A stretch of DNA of 64,000 bases, taken from positions 672,001 to 736,000 of the forward strand of contig CAVSGO010000007.1 in assembly GCA_963727525.1 (NCBI GenBank). Reading direction: 5' to 3'. Below, piece after piece: positions 48,901-56,850 of this stretch. The notes beneath the pieces were generated by a model. It was given only the letters and a program-made list of their open reading frames with translations, ran no database searches and was not told the DNA's origin. Numbering within the stretch: the stretch's first letter is position 1; each line of letters opens with the position of its first letter. A program made the position numbers and the translations under genes. Source of the DNA: an uncultured bacterium (GTDB lineage Bacteria > Krumholzibacteriota > Krumholzibacteriia > LZORAL124-64-63).

Positions 48901-49304
48901 CGCGTTCGGTGGGCGCGCTCTGGGAGGTGTGGCGCCGCACCCCGTGGGGCCGGGCCGGCGCCGGCCATCCCGCGGCACGCGTGAGGACCACGGCGCTGGT
49001 GAATACGTGGAGTCGGGAGGAGTTGCCGACCTTCCTGGACCGTCCGCTCTGGGCGGCGTGGCGAGACAGCCTCGGCGAGGCTCTCGGTCAGGACGCGCTG
49101 GCGGCCGATCGCCCGGTGATTCGCCTGGCGACCACGGCGCAGCCCCCCGGCGGAGCCTGCGTGCATGCCGTCTACGTATGTGCGGGGACGGAGAGCGACC
49201 AGGACCACTACCGGGTACTGGGCCACGTCACGGACGGCCTGCTCGTGCTGTGGCAGGAACGCTCGCCGCTGCCGACGGAGGCCGACGAGACGCCGCCGGC
49301 CTGA
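42909..49304 (+). CDS. Giant 2131-aa protein with TPR-like N-terminus, degenerate DinG-, RecQ- and UvrD-like helicase remnants and a Zn ribbon
   Basis: 6.4-kb stop-free frame filling the yraN-tnaA gap; CPHC...CRRC; LILAGPAGTGR; TEVQ; LILTADPHES. The CDS is well supported, the domain labels are tentative. Confidence 0.65.
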   Translation: MSYWDTLDRARNALDAGRFREAEDLYRSAVAARGRSPRRVFFSESLVDGARRTWATMRRQPRDTAGPGRWEAADAAFSAEFLDRAEVAVREALQRADLRPEDAAQTSQPLLASALYLVVASDICPSEPTSAVPLLKGLMRTARHTGQAFDADLLRADLPLSADDRLWLARTGDDLLASAAAEPQPGGFATAAWARTLLDLLAPEYFPGSERVEEERRWWAAGIADRHLAAPAAAVDLYREYLEMHPLPGPRPDQARVRCVEMLGNVTGSSFAVPRYRDARAIASPPVVPGSPEAERLREALAAIEARRPADRSGEAWCAAGADGGLRVTFVMWWGEAPVDVATWQAGDAPAAIAEFLEPAAGRMLWAGAGPPAGLAAAVPVAACGWRVEPFLATLLEPRLPRGSWSPDARWQLALARSAAWRETWHPHRGHPRLVPPASDGRLAAAQAGLEPIITAALLWLVCLRRIDEADPALRAGLGELGRRGDPAAAFLHDCAVLGSPAKAALDVGFAPWTLPVLWTRPDPLPSTSVDHADDVAARSDLAGNDVVVVATGHPGAVLTAWSDRDRRWRVVLDRLDRLGDLHTIARGAYGPVTVVPAGGEVHDLAGALAWLEDLAGRSREGDAAMLAVFHWIRLVETHNGDLLDHERLRGRLPGEHTLYDLYRAGVSQLPRRVPCAGDDPAQAGWSEQFAQRVRKSGLVVGAAADLTEDAAQLDARWGVFDGSGASWVFLDSAAVHWQLWQRAGRWPASLHALLATRGARHASLLLAGTVMTADLRRALDGVLAPYGRPYHLALTDVRPTRLRLVGRGPVPDAHLQLVEAWTAAAAYLNRTGVAPALVLAPRAGLAAEFWQAVAAGVFGRMPWSLVASLSDDIAGARLVVPLLESLDDNAPPGSAAVVVSAPNAWRAQDEQRRARARERRALAAMEINALLALPVASVEVLDGRWWRLADSDWEPAAARAQLAPQAELIDLPASDEGASQRLRGDVAPWLAERGRVPGELPGWQGAAPGTTGEEAHDPVSGVHLDRRDAVAVWRRLAAWLLRGWEMGMASRRLVIIADEPPLHAADVVAALDCPGATVPPAMPTSSASGSAVVPWAPLVWLRPADVARLGRDTLASLRPDAVLVADLAAWLPIAGPARPETTQALRWIADCGASIVALAGAGVSPAWELFLARQLGAGTPPPAPGPGDWATLKRSDALPLEIDCPHCEHRGAPVGDAVCRRCGFDLAAYAASHPGIVQVACTQGTLRAFAQRRDLGRERPLDLWAQPTLTPRDVLAAEVAAQSATTMSTGELRLADGRRWRLRAAKPGAAASGHADSVVIGVPHDPGTLVPVAPLDGVDTLTLAYATVGLGDPLATGEVAGAQRLLRLLREGTPAIVAAERGAWPAGSRGDATVPLLRLEHLAGLEPASLQTSVGLLRWASRLAASEVVAPALSAPVPRLWVGGPYAAIEHAVAELRRDLTPALAQFLADATPGAWHDIVWPVSATDDDRRRRERVDRLLHLASRLPAPGQGDRLGYRASVGAYFSDRRWLQWRGSRLEAESWLDGQLDAFLDWSRQVLAAAVAHDDGYAVAGDPVAGDPWWRSPWLVWGQELGCWHVAGVTHADQVDLAELDRLREIAEAAEHAPAARLLVDLAAERSAWRRVLREARPGGVVAAPVPHIEDMHDAAPPVRRSWLRRGSDGDPVTAASRAVAELAAGHDRALLILAGPAGTGRHEALLAGLDQATRVADAPDAVTVWCPDAASAAHLHLACLARRQGWQLDLRVPGPASDRALGAADTAPGGHRVTVVTEVQRLSQEVRYRLQEEGRRGGLILTADPHESLESWDTLFLTTPRPEQVRYLELQRAQTRRLWEETAPLIGRVEARNRTRRREKGALHSRRAVNLDECVSAVAAEVEAGRLGPSCDLVVPLGDDAAFLGRMFAARGWLAVFRQELDELLLPGTLEFICAAHDVAAASLGAWPGTAADGPPPLLGQWVMTPTLADGYPAWVAACGDGEARSVGALWEVWRRTPWGRAGAGHPAARVRTTALVNTWSREELPTFLDRPLWAAWRDSLGEALGQDALAADRPVIRLATTAQPPGGACVHAVYVCAGTESDQDHYRVLGHVTDGLLVLWQERSPLPTEADETPPA

Positions 49305-49448
49305 CGGACGGTTTCGCGGCGGCCGGGTTCAAGGTTGTCCTGGCCGGGTCCCGCCTGCTACCTTGCGGTCAGTCGTCTCGAGTGCCCGTCGCACCGTGAT
49401 CCGTGTCGCCGTTGCCTGCCGACAGCGGCTTGCCGCGAGGAGTCGCGC

Positions 49449-50846
49449 ATGGACCTGCCGTTCGAACCGTATCGCATCAAGGTCGTCGAGAGGATCCACC
49501 GCGTCAGCCGGACCGAACGCGAGCGGCTTCTAATCGCCGCCGGCTACAACGTGTTCAAGGTGCCGTCGGCGGCCATCACCATCGATCTGCTCACTGACAG
49601 CGGCACGTCTGCCATGAGCGACCGACAGTGGGCCGCCATGATCACCGGCGACGAAGCCTACGCCATGAGTCGCAGCTACGAGGACTTCGAGTCCACGATC
49701 CGGCGCATCACCGGCTACAGCCACGTCTTGCCTTGCCACCAGGGGCGCGCGGCCGAGAGCCTGGTCTTCGGCACGCTGGTCAAGCGTGGCGATGTGGTGC
49801 CCAACAACATCCATTTCGACACCACGCGCGCCAACGTCGAGCACTGCGGAGGCATCGCCCTGGATTGCGTATGCGAGGAGGGGCTCGACCCCGATCTCAT
49901 CGCCAACTTCAAGGGCAATATGTCGCTGGACAAGCTGGTGGCGGCGTTCAGGAAGTACGGCGACCGGATCCCTTTCGTGATGCTGACGATCACGAACAAC
50001 AGCGGTGGCGGGCAACCGGTCAGCCTGGCCAATGCGCGCGACGTGGCCGCGGTCTGCCGGCGCGAGGGTGTCGCGCTCTACCTCGATTGCGCGCGCTTCG
50101 CCGAGAATGCGTGGTTCATCAAGCAGCGCGAGGACGGCCAGCAGGAGCGCAGCATCGAGGCCATCGCTCACGAGTTTTTCAGCTACGCCGATGGTTGCAT
50201 GATGAGCGCAAAGAAGGACGCGCTGGTGAACATCGGCGGCTTCATCGCGCTCAACGACGAAGAGGTGGCCCAGCAGGTGAGCAACCTGCTCATCCTGCAC
50301 GAGGGTTTCGTCACTTACGGCGGACTCGCGGGGCGCGATCTGGCCGCCATCGCCGAGGGGCTGCGCGAGGGGCTCGACGAGGAGTACCTCACCTACCGCA
50401 TCGGCCAGGTGGCACGGCTGGGCGAGCGGCTCGCGCAGCTGGGGGTGCCCTGCATCAAGCCTACCGGCGGTCACGCCGTGTACATCGACGTCAAGCGCGC
50501 CCTGCCGCACATACCACCGGCGGAGTTCCCCGGCCAGAGCTTCACCTGCGCGCTCTATCTGGAGGCCGGTGTTCGTGCGGTGGAGATCGGCAGTCTCATG
50601 TTCGAGCATGTCGATCCCGACAGCGGCGCCATGGTGCATCCCGACCTCGAACTCGTGCGGCTTGCCGTGCCGCGGCGGGTTTATACCCACACGCAGCTCG
50701 ACACCGTCGCCGACGCCTGCGCCCAGGTCATGGGAATGGGACCACGACTGCGCGGCATGGAGATCGTCTGGCAACCGCCGGCGTTGCGCCACTTCACGGC
50801 CCGCCTGCAACCGGTCGGTGGGGGGCCGTTGCTGGACGAACGATGA
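49449..50846 (+). CDS. tnaA: Tryptophanase (PLP beta-eliminating lyase)
   Basis: EPYRIKVVE, IDLLTDSGT, GDEAY, MSAKKD (PLP Lys); LRHFTA has His as in TnaA, where tyrosine phenol-lyase has Phe. Confidence 0.88.
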   Translation: MDLPFEPYRIKVVERIHRVSRTERERLLIAAGYNVFKVPSAAITIDLLTDSGTSAMSDRQWAAMITGDEAYAMSRSYEDFESTIRRITGYSHVLPCHQGRAAESLVFGTLVKRGDVVPNNIHFDTTRANVEHCGGIALDCVCEEGLDPDLIANFKGNMSLDKLVAAFRKYGDRIPFVMLTITNNSGGGQPVSLANARDVAAVCRREGVALYLDCARFAENAWFIKQREDGQQERSIEAIAHEFFSYADGCMMSAKKDALVNIGGFIALNDEEVAQQVSNLLILHEGFVTYGGLAGRDLAAIAEGLREGLDEEYLTYRIGQVARLGERLAQLGVPCIKPTGGHAVYIDVKRALPHIPPAEFPGQSFTCALYLEAGVRAVEIGSLMFEHVDPDSGAMVHPDLELVRLAVPRRVYTHTQLDTVADACAQVMGMGPRLRGMEIVWQPPALRHFTARLQPVGGGPLLDER

Positions 50847-51514
50847 GCGGTGCCGTGATCGCGATGGTGCCTGCGGACGACGCCCTGGCACCCATGCTGA
50901 TCCCGCTGGCGGATCACGCGGCGGAGCACCTCGATCTCGCGCGCTGGCTGGCTGCCATCACGCTGGTGGCCGACGATCTCGAGGACGATGAGCGGCCGTG
51001 GTTCGATCTCGCGCGCGAGGGCGAACGTCGGGCGCTCACGGTGTACCTGCACCCCGACGCCGTGCTCAAGGATCACCCCCGCGGGATCGGACCACGGGCG
51101 CAGCGGCCGGCCTGGGAACTTTCGGCGCCGCCACCTGCGCCGGCACCCCCGGCGGTCGACAGCTTCTCGCCCGTCAAGGCGCAGCGTGTGCTGCACCATC
51201 TGTTCCTGCTGGTGCGCGATCTCTGCGACGGGTCGCTGACGCCGGCCGACGTACCGTCGTCCCTGGCCGAAGCCTTCCAGGAAGCGTGGGCCGTCACGGT
51301 CGACGGGCGGTTGCGGCGTGCGGGCTGGCCGGGGCTCAGCGAGGGCGAGCGCCGGATTCGCTTCCTGCGTCTTTTCGCGACCGGTGGCGTGGTCACGCCG
51401 GCACACTGGCAGGTCTTTCACGAGTTGTGGACGGGCGAAGCGGCGGTCCAGGCAGAGGTACTGCGGCGCGTACGACGCTTGCCGCCGCTGCCACGCCGCG
51501 GTATTGCCGTCTGA
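50843..51514 (+). CDS. Hypothetical protein translationally coupled to tnaA
   Basis: ATGA overlap with the tnaA stop; plausible codon usage; possible degenerate zincin-like helix. Confidence 0.7.
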   Translation: MSGAVIAMVPADDALAPMLIPLADHAAEHLDLARWLAAITLVADDLEDDERPWFDLAREGERRALTVYLHPDAVLKDHPRGIGPRAQRPAWELSAPPPAPAPPAVDSFSPVKAQRVLHHLFLLVRDLCDGSLTPADVPSSLAEAFQEAWAVTVDGRLRRAGWPGLSEGERRIRFLRLFATGGVVTPAHWQVFHELWTGEAAVQAEVLRRVRRLPPLPRRGIAV

Positions 51515-51614
51515 GCGCCTGTTGCATGCGGGGGCATTCCTATTTGCTTTTTTCGCCCACGTGTCGCAATTTCAAGGACGTACGAGAACGAGGCCGACAT
51601 TTGGCGCCCGAGTA

Positions 51615-51644
51615 TTGACGCAGGTGTAGCAAGGGGCTTACATT
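51615..51644 (+). promoter_or_regulatory. Sigma70-type promoter of the lipoprotein gene
   Basis: TTGACG-18 bp-TACATT in an AT-richer intergenic region. Confidence 0.5.
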
Positions 51645-51715
51645 CCCGTGCAGGCCTGATCTCGCGCGTCGTTGATCTCGCGCGGGTTGCGCGTTCCCCA
51701 AGGGAGGTTGCTTTC

Positions 51716-52588
51716 ATGAAGTCGCCGCGTTGCTGGGTTTCACTGGTCGTTCTCGCGTTGCTGGCGAGCCTGACGCTGTCGGGCATGGTCGGTTGCGCCA
51801 AGAAAGAACCGGTCGACCCCTACGTGTACGCCTCCCTGCGTCAGATCATGACAGGTGCGGTCCTGGATACGGTCACCCGCAACTTCACGTTCGAGATCGA
51901 CGCGCCTCGCTTCGAGTACGTGCGGGGCAACGTGGGTATCATCCGCGACGGCAACATGCTCCAGTTCCTGGTGGCGAAGGATCTCGAAAACCTCGCACCA
52001 CGGCTGAAGGGTGCGCTCCTGGGCGTACGCATGACGTTCACGCCGTCGCCGACGCACCTCGTGCTGCAGCGCATCAAGCGCAACGGCGTGGTCGAGCAGG
52101 ACAGCATGCCGGCCCCCGAGAAATACGAACTGCCGCATCTGCTGCGTTCGGTCGACATGGAAGAGCCGGGCGCGCCGCTGCCCGACATGAAGTGGCGCGA
52201 CTCCAAGTCGATCGAGCAGTTCCTGCCGGCGGAAGACTCGACGGAATTGCTGAAGGTACAATCCGCCGTGGAGAAGCTGGTCTGGAAGCCGAAGTTCGAT
52301 CTTCCGGATTCGGTCATGGCCAACCCCTCGCCGAAGGATATGGCCTGGTACGCGGTGTTCCCCGACGCCACGGTGCAGATCGTGGACGTGACGCCGGGCG
52401 CCGACTACATGCTGCACCTGCTCCTGGATAAGGACCTGCCGCTGGTCGGCTCGTTCTCCATGAAGTCCATGTTCGAATACGTGGATCGCAAGAAGGAGCA
52501 CCCGGACCTCGGCCACGTGATCGGGACGATGAAGGTCAACTGGTTCCGTTATGCCAACACGTTCGTCCAGGCCAGCGAGGAAGACTAG
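51716..52588 (+). CDS. Hypothetical lipoprotein
   Basis: GGAGGT RBS; signal with lipobox MVGC; strongly biased codon usage. Confidence 0.8.
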   Translation: MKSPRCWVSLVVLALLASLTLSGMVGCAKKEPVDPYVYASLRQIMTGAVLDTVTRNFTFEIDAPRFEYVRGNVGIIRDGNMLQFLVAKDLENLAPRLKGALLGVRMTFTPSPTHLVLQRIKRNGVVEQDSMPAPEKYELPHLLRSVDMEEPGAPLPDMKWRDSKSIEQFLPAEDSTELLKVQSAVEKLVWKPKFDLPDSVMANPSPKDMAWYAVFPDATVQIVDVTPGADYMLHLLLDKDLPLVGSFSMKSMFEYVDRKKEHPDLGHVIGTMKVNWFRYANTFVQASEED

Positions 52589-52636
52589 CTCGTACCGCCG
52601 GACGCGAATCGCGACGCGGAGAGGCCGCTGTACGAG

Positions 52637-52668
52637 GAGAGGCCCTTGGGCGTGCCCGGGGGCCTCTT
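52637..52668. terminator. Hairpin between the convergent lipoprotein gene and pfkA
   Basis: GAGAGGCCCTTGGGC-gt-GCCCGGGGGCCTCTT. Confidence 0.55.
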
Positions 52669-52694
52669 ACTCGTGCGCCGCGATTCGTGGCGCA

Positions 52695-53657
52695 TCACAC
52701 GAGCAACTTGTGCATATCCCAGTCGCGCTGTAGCGCCTTGTGGTCGGCGCCGCCGCGCTTAACCAGCGCGCTCGTCTTCAGCTTGTTCGACACCAGTCCC
52801 ACCATCACGCCGTGCTCGCCTTTGAAGAGCAGCTCGGTGGCGTGGTGCGCCAGCCGCGTGGCGAGAATGCGGTCGAAGGCCGATGGCGCCCCACCTCGTT
52901 GCACGTGCCCGAGCACCACCATCCGGACCTGGCGTTGCAGACGGCTGTTGATCTCGTAGGTCACGTAGCTCGCCTTGGCTGCGCCTTCGGCCACGATGAT
53001 GAGCGCGTGGTACTTCCCCTTGGCATACCCCTGTTCGATCGTACGGCACACGTCGTCGAGGTTGAACGGAATCTCCGGGACCAGCACCTCCTCGGCGCCA
53101 CAGGCGATCGCGGTCTGCACTGCGAGCAACCCGTAGTCGCGCCCCATGACCTCGATGACGAAGATGCGGCCGTGGCTCGATGCGGTGTCGCGTACCTTGT
53201 CGACGGCCTCCACGGCGATGTTCAGGGCCGTGTCGTAGCCGATCGCCATGTCCGTGCCGGCGATGTCGTTGTCGATGGTGGCCGGCACGCCCACCACGGG
53301 CAGGTCGAAGACGCGCTCCAGCTTGTCCGCGCCGCGGAAACTGCCGTCGCCGCCGATGATGACCATGCCGTCCAGCTTCAGCTTCTTGAGCGCCTTGCCC
53401 ACCGTCGCCGTGCCGGCGTCCGTGGCGAACTCGGGATAGCGGAACGTCCGCAACATCGTGCCGCCAATGTGCAGGATGCCGCTGGCCGAGCCGGGTCCCA
53501 TCACATGCGCATTCCCCTCGGCCAGCCCCTGCCAGCCGCGATCGATGCCGATGACCTGGGCGTCGTGCGCCCAGGCCGTGCGGATGACCGCCCGCAATGC
53601 GGCGTTCATGCCGGCAGCGTCGCCGCCGCCCGTGAGCACTCCGATTCTCTTCATCAT
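52695..53657 (-). CDS. pfkA: ATP-dependent 6-phosphofructokinase
   Basis: LTGGGD.AGMN, IGGDGS, PATIDND, EVMGR, GHVQRGG. Confidence 0.95.
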   Translation of the reverse strand: MMKRIGVLTGGGDAAGMNAALRAVIRTAWAHDAQVIGIDRGWQGLAEGNAHVMGPGSASGILHIGGTMLRTFRYPEFATDAGTATVGKALKKLKLDGMVIIGGDGSFRGADKLERVFDLPVVGVPATIDNDIAGTDMAIGYDTALNIAVEAVDKVRDTASSHGRIFVIEVMGRDYGLLAVQTAIACGAEEVLVPEIPFNLDDVCRTIEQGYAKGKYHALIIVAEGAAKASYVTYEINSRLQRQVRMVVLGHVQRGGAPSAFDRILATRLAHHATELLFKGEHGVMVGLVSNKLKTSALVKRGGADHKALQRDWDMHKLLV

Positions 53658-55096
53658 GTGCCTCCGGTCGCTCCATCGTCGTTTGTTCGATCTCGATGCG
53701 TCCGGCGCGCGTGCCAGGCGGCGATCTGCTCGAGCCGTCGGGTCAGCTCTGCCTCGAATCCCTTGTGCGTCGGCCGGTAGAAGACGCGCCCAGCCAGATC
53801 GTCGGGCAAGCCGTTCATGGCGGCGACGCCCGCTGCCGTGTCGTGCGCATAGATATATCCCTCGCCGTACCCGAGGCCCTTCATCAACCGCGTCGGCGCA
53901 TTGCGCAGGTGCAGGGGAACGGGCGGGTTGGTCCCCTCCCGCACCTCGCGCTGGGCCGCCTGCACGGCGGTGTAGAGCGCGTTGCTCTTGGGGGCCAGGG
54001 CCAGGTAGACGGCCGCCTGCGCCAGCGCCAGCGCGCCCTCCGGCAGCCCCAGGAAGTGCACTGCATCGCGGGCGGCGAGCGCCTGTTCGAGGGCCCGGGG
54101 ATCGGCGAGGCCCACATCCTCGCTGGCGAAGCGGACGAGGCGCCGGGCGATGTACAGGGGATCCTCGCCGCCCTCGAGCATACGCGTCAGCCAGTACACC
54201 CCGGCCTGGGGATCGCTGTTGCGCAGGCTCTTGTGCAGCGCGCTGATCAGGTTGAAGTGTTCCTCGCCTGCCTTGTCGTAGCGCACGGCGCGGTGCTGGA
54301 TGAGCTGGTGCAGATCCGCGACGCTCAGTGGCTGCGATGGTGTGCCCAGCGTGACCTCGGGATGCGCGCGGCGCCGTTCCGACACCGCGGCGGTGACGGC
54401 GTCGAGCAGGCCGAGCGCCTGCCGGGCGTCGCCTTCGCTGATCCCGGCCAGGGCATCCAGCGCGTCGTTGCCCAGGGTGACATCGCGGCCGGCGAGGCCG
54501 GCCGGCGCGACGAGCGCGCGCACGAGTACGGTGCGCACGTGTTCGGGCGCCAGCGGCTGCAGCACGAAGAGGCGCAAGCGCGACAGGAGGGCCGCATTCA
54601 CCTCGAAGCTCGGATTCTCCGTCGTAGCGCCGATCAGTGTCACGTCGCCGCGCTCCACCCAGGGCAGGAGCGCGTCCTGCTGTGCCTTGTTGAAGCGGTG
54701 GATCTCGTCGAGGAAGAGTATCGTGCGCTGGCCCGCGGCGCGGCGCAGCTTCTGCGCCTCCGCCATCACGGCCTTGAGTTCCCTGGAGCCCACGGCCACG
54801 GCGCTGAACTCGAGGAAGCGTGCCCGGGTGTGGCCCGCTATGAGTCGCGCCAGGGTCGTCTTGCCGCTGCCCGGGGGACCCCAGAAGAGGAGCGATGGCA
54901 CCACGTCGGCCTCGAGCAACGGGCGCAGGGGGCCGGCGTCGGCGAGCAGTTCGGTCTGGCCGACCACCTCGTCCAGCGACTGCGGTCGAACGCGCTCGGC
55001 GAGCGGCAACTCGCCACCCGTAGCGTCGAGCGTGCTTCGCGAGACTTCGGGACGCGAATTGGCGGACGCGTCGGGACGGAAGAGATCACCATTCAT
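53654..55096 (-). CDS. rarA: Replication-associated recombination protein A (MgsA/RarA)
   Basis: PLAERVRP, WGPPGSGKTT, DEIHRFNKAQQD, GATTENPSF, ISALHKSLR, ASEDVGLAD. Confidence 0.96.
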   Translation of the reverse strand: MNGDLFRPDASANSRPEVSRSTLDATGGELPLAERVRPQSLDEVVGQTELLADAGPLRPLLEADVVPSLLFWGPPGSGKTTLARLIAGHTRARFLEFSAVAVGSRELKAVMAEAQKLRRAAGQRTILFLDEIHRFNKAQQDALLPWVERGDVTLIGATTENPSFEVNAALLSRLRLFVLQPLAPEHVRTVLVRALVAPAGLAGRDVTLGNDALDALAGISEGDARQALGLLDAVTAAVSERRRAHPEVTLGTPSQPLSVADLHQLIQHRAVRYDKAGEEHFNLISALHKSLRNSDPQAGVYWLTRMLEGGEDPLYIARRLVRFASEDVGLADPRALEQALAARDAVHFLGLPEGALALAQAAVYLALAPKSNALYTAVQAAQREVREGTNPPVPLHLRNAPTRLMKGLGYGEGYIYAHDTAAGVAAMNGLPDDLAGRVFYRPTHKGFEAELTRRLEQIAAWHARRTHRDRTNDDGATGGT

Positions 55097-55143
55097 GGGC
55101 GCGATACTAGCGAGTTATGCGCAAGACGCAACGTCGACCTTGG

Positions 55144-55172
55144 TTGACGCCGCCGGAACCTGGTTCTACCAT
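55144..55172 (+). promoter_or_regulatory. Sigma70-type promoter of deoB-cdd-pdp
   Basis: TTGACG-17 bp-TACCAT. Confidence 0.6.
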
Positions 55173-55221
55173 CCCGGTTGCCTCGTGAAACGGCGCAAAC
55201 ACCCACTCAAGGGAGGTCGAC

Positions 55222-56415
55222 GTGGCCCGAGCGGTGCTCATCATTCTCGACGGCGTGGGGGTCGGCCAGGCGCCCGACGCGGCGGAGTACGGCGACACCG
55301 GCAGCGACACCCTCGGCAACCTGGCACGCGCGGTCGGCGGTTTGCGGCTCCCGACCCTGCAGGGCCTCGGTCTCGGCGGGTGCGGAGCGATCGCGGGCGT
55401 GCCGCGGGCGGATCGCGCGCAGGCGAGCTGGGGCCGTTTGCGAGAGGTGTCGGCCGGCAAGGACTCCACGACCGGCCACTGGGAGCTGATGGGCATCGTC
55501 ACCGACACGCCCTTCCCCACCTATCCCGACGGTTTCCCGCGTGAGGTGATGGACGCCTTTCGCGCCCGCACCGGCTACGACTACCTGGGCAACGAGGCCG
55601 CCAGCGGCACCGAGATCATCCAGCGACTCGGCGACGAGCATGTGCGCACGGGCAAGCCCATCGTCTACACCAGTGCCGACTCCGTCTTCCAGATCGCGGC
55701 TCACGAACACGTGATCGCGCTGGACGAGCTGTATCGCATCTGCGAGGAGGCGCGGGCCCTGCTCGTTCCCCCGCACCAGGTGAGCCGCGTCATTGCGCGG
55801 CCGTTCGTGGGCACCAGCGGGCACTACGAGCGCACGCCGAGCCGCCACGACTACTCCGTGAAGCCGCCCGCGCAGCTCGGCCTTCACGCGCTGCGCCACG
55901 CCGGCGTCACGGTCACGACGATCGGCAAGATCGTCGACCTCTACGCTGGCGAGGGCGTCGACCGCGCCGTAAAGAGCCGCAGCAACGCCGAGGGGATGCG
56001 TCTGCTTGCCGAGCTGTACGCGGAACACGAGCACGATCCCGCCTTCCTGATGGTCAACCTGGTCGACTTCGACACGCTCTGGGGCCACCGCAACGATCCG
56101 GTCGGGTTCCGCGAGGGGCTGGAGGTGTTCGATGCCTGGCTGGCCACCTTCGTCCCGCAACTCGATGCCGGCGATCTACTCCTCATCACGGCCGACCATG
56201 GCAACGATCCCACCACGCCGAGCACTGATCACTCGCGCGAGGAGGTACCCGTGCTCGCGCTGCTGGCCGGCGGCGCCGGCGGAGTGGACCTCGGCGTGCG
56301 CGAGACATTCGCCGACCTCGGGGCCACGGTGGCGGCGTTCTTCGCCGCCGCAGCGCCCGCCGTTGGCACCAGCTTCCTGCCCTCCGTGCGGGGCGCCGCC
56401 GGGGGCGTGTCGTGA
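55222..56415 (+). CDS. deoB: Phosphopentomutase
   Basis: GKDSTTGHWE, YTSADSVFQIAAHE, NLVDFD..WGHRND, TADHGNDP, DHSRE. Confidence 0.96.
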   Translation: MARAVLIILDGVGVGQAPDAAEYGDTGSDTLGNLARAVGGLRLPTLQGLGLGGCGAIAGVPRADRAQASWGRLREVSAGKDSTTGHWELMGIVTDTPFPTYPDGFPREVMDAFRARTGYDYLGNEAASGTEIIQRLGDEHVRTGKPIVYTSADSVFQIAAHEHVIALDELYRICEEARALLVPPHQVSRVIARPFVGTSGHYERTPSRHDYSVKPPAQLGLHALRHAGVTVTTIGKIVDLYAGEGVDRAVKSRSNAEGMRLLAELYAEHEHDPAFLMVNLVDFDTLWGHRNDPVGFREGLEVFDAWLATFVPQLDAGDLLLITADHGNDPTTPSTDHSREEVPVLALLAGGAGGVDLGVRETFADLGATVAAFFAAAAPAVGTSFLPSVRGAAGGVS

Positions 56416-56846
56416 GCGAATCCTACCATCTCCTGGTCGCGGCGGCGTGCGAAGCGCGGGAGCAGAGCTACTCGCCCTACTCGCGGTTCCGCGTGGGGGC
56501 GGCCCTCCTCTGCACGAGCGGCCGCGTGGTCACGGGTACCAACGTCGAGAACGCGAGCTTCGGCCTCTCGCTCTGTGCCGAGCGGGCGGCCGTGGTACGC
56601 GCCGTCGCGGAGGGGGAGCGCTCGTTCGAGGCCATTGCGATCTGCGCCGACGGCGCCAAGCCAACGCCCCCCTGCGGGGCGTGCCGGCAGGTACTGCTCG
56701 AGTTCGGCCCTGACATGGTGGTCGTGATCGCGGGCGAGCTCGGGCCTGGTGGGCCAATGAAGAGGTATATCCTGCGCGACCTCGTGCCCGAAGCCTTCAC
56801 CGACTTCGTGTCGGCGCCGCCGCCACCGCGGCCGGAAGGGGCTTGA
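56412..56846 (+). CDS. cdd: Cytidine deaminase (homotetrameric type)
   Basis: PYSRFRVGAA, NVENAS, CAER, PCGACRQ. Confidence 0.96.
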   Translation: MSESYHLLVAAACEAREQSYSPYSRFRVGAALLCTSGRVVTGTNVENASFGLSLCAERAAVVRAVAEGERSFEAIAICADGAKPTPPCGACRQVLLEFGPDMVVVIAGELGPGGPMKRYILRDLVPEAFTDFVSAPPPPRPEGA

Positions 56847-56850
56847 AGGC

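Noticed and set aside
42765-49226. Long antisense ORFs (1111 aa and 988 aa) opposite the giant gene
   Set aside because: Typical high-GC shadow ORFs in mirror register with the sense gene; Arg/Gly-rich with no motifs.
49305-49448. TnaC-like leader peptide
   Set aside because: No short Trp-containing ORF ending in Pro-stop was found.
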